The notes under the pieces were generated by a model, which saw only the letters and a list, made by a program, of their open reading frames with translations, was not told the DNA's origin and did no database searches. A DNA stretch of 37,266 bases from IMG/VR virus record IMGVR_UViG_3300016666_000029, positions 1-37,266 of that record; one strand, 5' to 3'. Numbering within the stretch: position 1 is the stretch's first letter; each line of letters starts with the position of its first letter. Source of the stretch: a virus (lineage: Duplodnaviria > Caudoviricetes). Both the position numbers and the translations under genes were made by a program. Of this stretch, positions 34,386 through 37,266 are shown in pieces.

Positions 34386-34408
34386 TAAATGCGAATGATT
34401 CTCATTTA
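34386..34408. promoter_or_regulatory. Fur-box-like 11-1-11 inverted repeat
   Basis: TAAATGCGAAT-G-ATTCTCATTTA (1 mismatch); minus strand GTAAATGAGAATCATTCGC matches 14/19 of GATAATGATAATCATTATC. Confidence 0.6.
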
Positions 34409-34526
34409 CAAAAGCAAGAGGATTGGATGGTCGCTTATTGGGGTACTTCATTCAGTTCCATTCCTTACCCTAACCTATCTAACCCTTCTATCTTTCCCTA
34501 TACTATTTACTAACAATGTCTCTTCA

Positions 34527-34748
34527 TTAGGGTTGTTCATTCTTTCCCGACCAGTTAGTTACTAACCCTATTGCCTCTACTGGTTCATCTACTCTGTATC
34601 CTATTGTATGCAGATGCTGATAAATGGCTAATAGATTCTCGAAACCCTTTGATATGTTACCTTGTCCTGCTGTTAGTAGTATCTGTCTCTTGGGGTTGTC
34701 TAGTTTTCTTCGGAACTGCCTAGTATCAGCTTTCGGTGGTCTGGACAT
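34527..34748 (-). CDS. Small putative DNA-binding protein
   Basis: MSRPPK...FRRKL....RQILL.AG.GNISKG; upstream extended -10 TGGTAGAAT at 34781-34789. Confidence 0.62.
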   Translation of the reverse strand: MSRPPKADTRQFRRKLDNPKRQILLTAGQGNISKGFENLLAIYQHLHTIGYRVDEPVEAIGLVTNWSGKNEQP

Positions 34749-34792
34749 CTTTTCATCCTACCTAATAAATAATTTAAGAAATTCTACCATTT

Positions 34793-34807
34793 AAGGGTTT
34801 TTACCTA
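34793..34807. promoter_or_regulatory. Operator-like motif, copy 4 (AAGGGTTTTTACCTA), in a divergent promoter region
   Basis: Matches the motif; 22 nt upstream of TATTAT on the plus strand. Confidence 0.55.
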
Positions 34808-34881
34808 TTTATTTGCGTCACCAATGGGCTATTATTCTTTTACCGACCTAGCGGTTCTAGGACACTTAATAGGAGTTAATT

Positions 34882-34986
34882 ATGTCTGATCTTCAATCTA
34901 CCATTGCTGATATCACTACTGCCGTTGTTATCGGTCTTGCTCTCTGTGTTGGGCTGCTTGCTTACTTCGATATCCTTGTGAAGTAA
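34882..34986 (+). CDS. 34-aa single-TM peptide with its own promoter (not in the ORF track)
   Basis: TAATAGGAG RBS; MSDLQSTIADITTAVVIGLALCVGLLAYFDILVK. Confidence 0.68.
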   Translation: MSDLQSTIADITTAVVIGLALCVGLLAYFDILVK

Positions 34987-34996
34987 TACTTTCTAG

Positions 34997-35278
34997 CTAA
35001 AATATACTCTCTTTGTGGTCTAGTTCCAGTAGATTCTTGATAGTCTCATTCAGAGCATCTATCTCGTCCATCTTCTGAATAGACCACATTCTCTTTTGTC
35101 CATGCCATCCTAGTATTGGGTGCATATGACAGTCCCTACATAGGGCTATACAAGTGTATTGAAGACCTTGTTTTACATGGTGAGCATCACTTGGGCCACT
35201 TGTTCCGCATACTGAGCAAGGTAAAGATTTAACCAAGGCTAAATGCTTTTTCTCTTTAGCGTTTAGTTTGTTGTTCAT
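34997..35278 (-). CDS. Ref / DUF968-like small HNH-type zinc nuclease
   Basis: LPCSVCG....DAHH.......CIALC..CH...GWHG. Confidence 0.68.
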   Translation of the reverse strand: MNNKLNAKEKKHLALVKSLPCSVCGTSGPSDAHHVKQGLQYTCIALCRDCHMHPILGWHGQKRMWSIQKMDEIDALNETIKNLLELDHKESIF

Positions 35279-35598
35279 TGAGTGGCTTTTTGCTCCATTC
35301 TGGCTGAGTACTGTTCTGTTCTCCAGACCTCGATCCTAGCTTGCGCTGCTGTCATCAGCCATCTATATCGCTCTTCCTTCTCCACGGCTTGTCTGATGCC
35401 TTCTAGGATTTCTATGTAGTCCTGGTGAGCATAAGCATAGGTTTCCTGTTTTCCTAGCACTTCTGTACCAGCTTGGGCTTGTAATTGGGCTTTTCTGCTC
35501 TTTCTGAACTCTTCCAAGTACATTCTGTCTGCCTTTGCCTTGGCATATAGAGGAGCTGTGTCAATCAGGAATTGGATTGCTTTTGTTGGTTCATTCAT
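35275..35598 (-). CDS. Helical hypothetical phage protein
   Basis: YAKAKA.R.YLEEFRKS...E.YAYAH..Y...A.IEVWRT; ATGA coupling. Confidence 0.75.
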   Translation of the reverse strand: MNEPTKAIQFLIDTAPLYAKAKADRMYLEEFRKSRKAQLQAQAGTEVLGKQETYAYAHQDYIEILEGIRQAVEKEERYRWLMTAAQARIEVWRTEQYSARMEQKATQ

Positions 35599-36056
35599 GT
35601 TATCTCCACCACCAGATCGCCATTGGATTTGATGTAATTTCTTGTTTTTTGGATATATTTCTCAAATTCAGCCCTAGAAATGCTCGATTGTTGTAGATCA
35701 GCATACTGAATCAGCTCTCTGATTGCCTTAATTGATTGACCATCTAAGCCCATTTTCATGGTTTCTTGGTATCTCATGGCTGCTTTATGTAGTCCTTCTT
35801 GAGCTTTCTCACATATTGGCAATACTTCAGGGCCAATTCCGTTCTTTCCCATCATCTCGGATAGATTTAGGACATCTACTAGGGTTCTCCAGTCTGTGAT
35901 TGTTCCTAATCCTTTTGTCATGGCATCTAGGGCTGAATATTCAAGAAGTCTGAGTTTGTCCAACTTGTCTCTATCTGTGATAGAAGCACCAGTTATTGCA
36001 TGAAAAATGGTGTTTATCTCAGTTGACCAGAACTTGCGTTTAGTTTGTTTTCTCAA
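35595..36056 (-). CDS. Hypothetical protein
   Basis: 153-aa ORF with a TTG start overlapping the upstream stop. Confidence 0.72.
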   Translation of the reverse strand: MRKQTKRKFWSTEINTIFHAITGASITDRDKLDKLRLLEYSALDAMTKGLGTITDWRTLVDVLNLSEMMGKNGIGPEVLPICEKAQEGLHKAAMRYQETMKMGLDGQSIKAIRELIQYADLQQSSISRAEFEKYIQKTRNYIKSNGDLVVEIT

Positions 36057-36343
36057 GTATTCTTCTCCTTGAGTTTGGCTTCAACCTCTTCAGCAATTGC
36101 TTCTGGGTTTTTGAGTTCAACGCAATATTGAATCTCCTCATCCGTCAGCCCAACCCATGTGCGCTGTGATGGGCGAACTCCTCCCGCCATGTGACCAGCA
36201 GGCTCTTCAGGCCATTCCTCTTGCTCAGGATGCGACTTGCACAAATCATCAAGAACTTTGTTTAAACCAACGATGTTGATGTCTGCGTTGTGTGGCGCAT
36301 TGAACAGCGCATAGATTGCAGTTATTGCTTCGCTTTTTGTCAT
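36053..36343 (-). CDS. Mosaic hypothetical protein (PEQE / QRTWVGLTDEEI / KLKEKNT motifs)
   Basis: Start reassigned to 36343 (ATGA coupling). Confidence 0.7.
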   Translation of the reverse strand: MTKSEAITAIYALFNAPHNADINIVGLNKVLDDLCKSHPEQEEWPEEPAGHMAGGVRPSQRTWVGLTDEEIQYCVELKNPEAIAEEVEAKLKEKNT

Positions 36344-36479
36344 GTGTTCTTCTCCTTGAGTTTGGTCATTGCAAAAACAACGCCAGCACGCCATGCTTCT
36401 GCCGTTTTAAATGCGTAATCGGAACGTAGCAATCCTTGGTCAATCTCATCATCCGTCAGCCCAACCCATGTGCGCTGTG
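36131..36479. repeat. 38-bp direct repeat pair (36131-36168 and 36442-36479; 19-bp partial copy at 37007-37025)
   Basis: aatctc(c/a)tcatccgtcagcccaacccatgtgcgctgtg with one mismatch. Confidence 0.85.
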
Positions 36480-36693
36480 GGCCATACTCCACGGCCACCA
36501 CCTCAATGCCGCCACTGGGCGTGCGCTTGATGATGCTGACGCAAGAGCCGTCCTTGCTCCAGTCGACACCCCACTCGACGCGCTCTTGCTTTTCCTTCGC
36601 CAATGCTTCTTCAAAATCTGCTCGGATACCAGCAAGATTCATTTGCAGATTCATGTTTGACCTAATGATGTCTTCAACTTCTTTGTCTGTCAT
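36340..36693 (-). CDS. Mosaic hypothetical protein (MTDKE / QRTWVGLTDDEI / KLKEKNT motifs)
   Basis: Shares linker motifs with its neighbours; ATGA coupling. Confidence 0.72.
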   Translation of the reverse strand: MTDKEVEDIIRSNMNLQMNLAGIRADFEEALAKEKQERVEWGVDWSKDGSCVSIIKRTPSGGIEVVAVEYGPQRTWVGLTDDEIDQGLLRSDYAFKTAEAWRAGVVFAMTKLKEKNT

Positions 36694-36911
36694 GCTTCCC
36701 CCTTAATGCCGTGTGCGGCGCTCATGCCAGACAAGTAAACTGCCAACAGTGTTTGTTGCAATGACGCGCCAGCGTTAGTCATGGTTGTAAAAATTGAAAG
36801 CGCCTCGGCCTCAACAAACTTTCTGGTGTCGGCTGGAATCTTGGTTATGTCCATACCCTTTGGCCTGATTGTCTTGTTGATAGCGCTTGAGTGTTGTGTC
36901 TCCAATTTCAT
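36690..36911 (-). CDS. Mosaic hypothetical protein ending AHGIKG
   Basis: ATGA coupling on both sides. Confidence 0.65.
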   Translation of the reverse strand: MKLETQHSSAINKTIRPKGMDITKIPADTRKFVEAEALSIFTTMTNAGASLQQTLLAVYLSGMSAAHGIKGEA

Positions 36912-37266
36912 ACCAACCCCTTAATGCCGTGCGCGCGTTCAATGGCTCTGGCAAAGTGAATGTCCGTGTGCTGATGAGAAGACGCACACTCAGCCACAAT
37001 CAAAATAATCTCCTCATCCGTCAGCGGCAAACGCTGTGGTGGGGTGGTGTAGAGGGGAACGTCAAAGTCCACGCGATTCTTTGGCAGGCAATTATCATAC
37101 TGCGCCTTGCTCATTAAGTGGTTCTTGCGCCAGTCCACACTTGACGCATATGCCACAGGCTCCTGCTCTGGCTGTGCCAACTGTGCTTGCAAGCCAATCA
37201 CTGCGCCTTCAAGTTCAGCGATGCGGTGTTTCAAAGCAAAGTGTTCCTGCTCTGGCTGTGCCAAGG
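36908..37266 (-). CDS. 3' part of the junction-spanning mosaic protein (LAQPEQE x2, PLYTTPPQR, LTDEEI, FARAIERAHGIKG)
   Basis: In frame with 131..1 across the terminal repeat. Confidence 0.75.
   Translation of the reverse strand, partial: LAQPEQEHFALKHRIAELEGAVIGLQAQLAQPEQEPVAYASSVDWRKNHLMSKAQYDNCLPKNRVDFDVPLYTTPPQRLPLTDEEIILIVAECASSHQHTDIHFARAIERAHGIKGLV
37245..37266. repeat. Terminal direct repeat (copy of 1-22)
   Basis: Exact 22-bp identity. Confidence 0.9.

Noticed and set aside
36053-37266. Repeats considered as a CRISPR array or DGR template/variable pair
   Set aside because: Spacing is irregular and the repeats are in-frame coding linkers. There is no cas or reverse transcriptase gene and no adenine-specific mismatch pattern.

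Overview
The window is an apparently complete, circularly permuted dsDNA phage genome of about 37.2 kb. Bases 1-22 are repeated at 37245-37266, and a minus-strand gene reads in frame across that junction. It looks like a podovirus of a Gram-negative host (embedded Rz/Rz1 spanins, GH19 endolysin); a freshwater betaproteobacterial host is a guess. The minus strand carries terminase, portal, fibre genes, scaffold, major capsid, tail tubular and ejection proteins and the lysis cassette. It also carries a replication/DNA-modification operon: YdaU/DUF1376 initiator, TGT-fold protein, VUT/YhhQ-like transporter, C5-methyltransferase and RusA. A short plus-strand block encodes ERF, an SSB-like protein and MazG. 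I recognised no integrase, DNA polymerase, helicase, tRNA or CRISPR array. Main leads: (1) a TGT/DpdA-like transglycosylase coupled to a queuosine-precursor-type transporter with no deazaguanine biosynthesis genes; (2) a C5-methyltransferase split over two fully overlapping reading frames; (3) a Fur-box-like palindrome upstream of the morphogenesis operon, which contains a HiPIP-like protein; (4) a C4-like structured leader RNA complementary to the initiator's start region; (5) a recurring TAGGG-N5-CCCTA operator; (6) two parallel 'adaptor + MFAA-tip' fibre modules; (7) a repeat-linked mosaic gene array. All assignments come from reading motifs by eye; no database searches were run.
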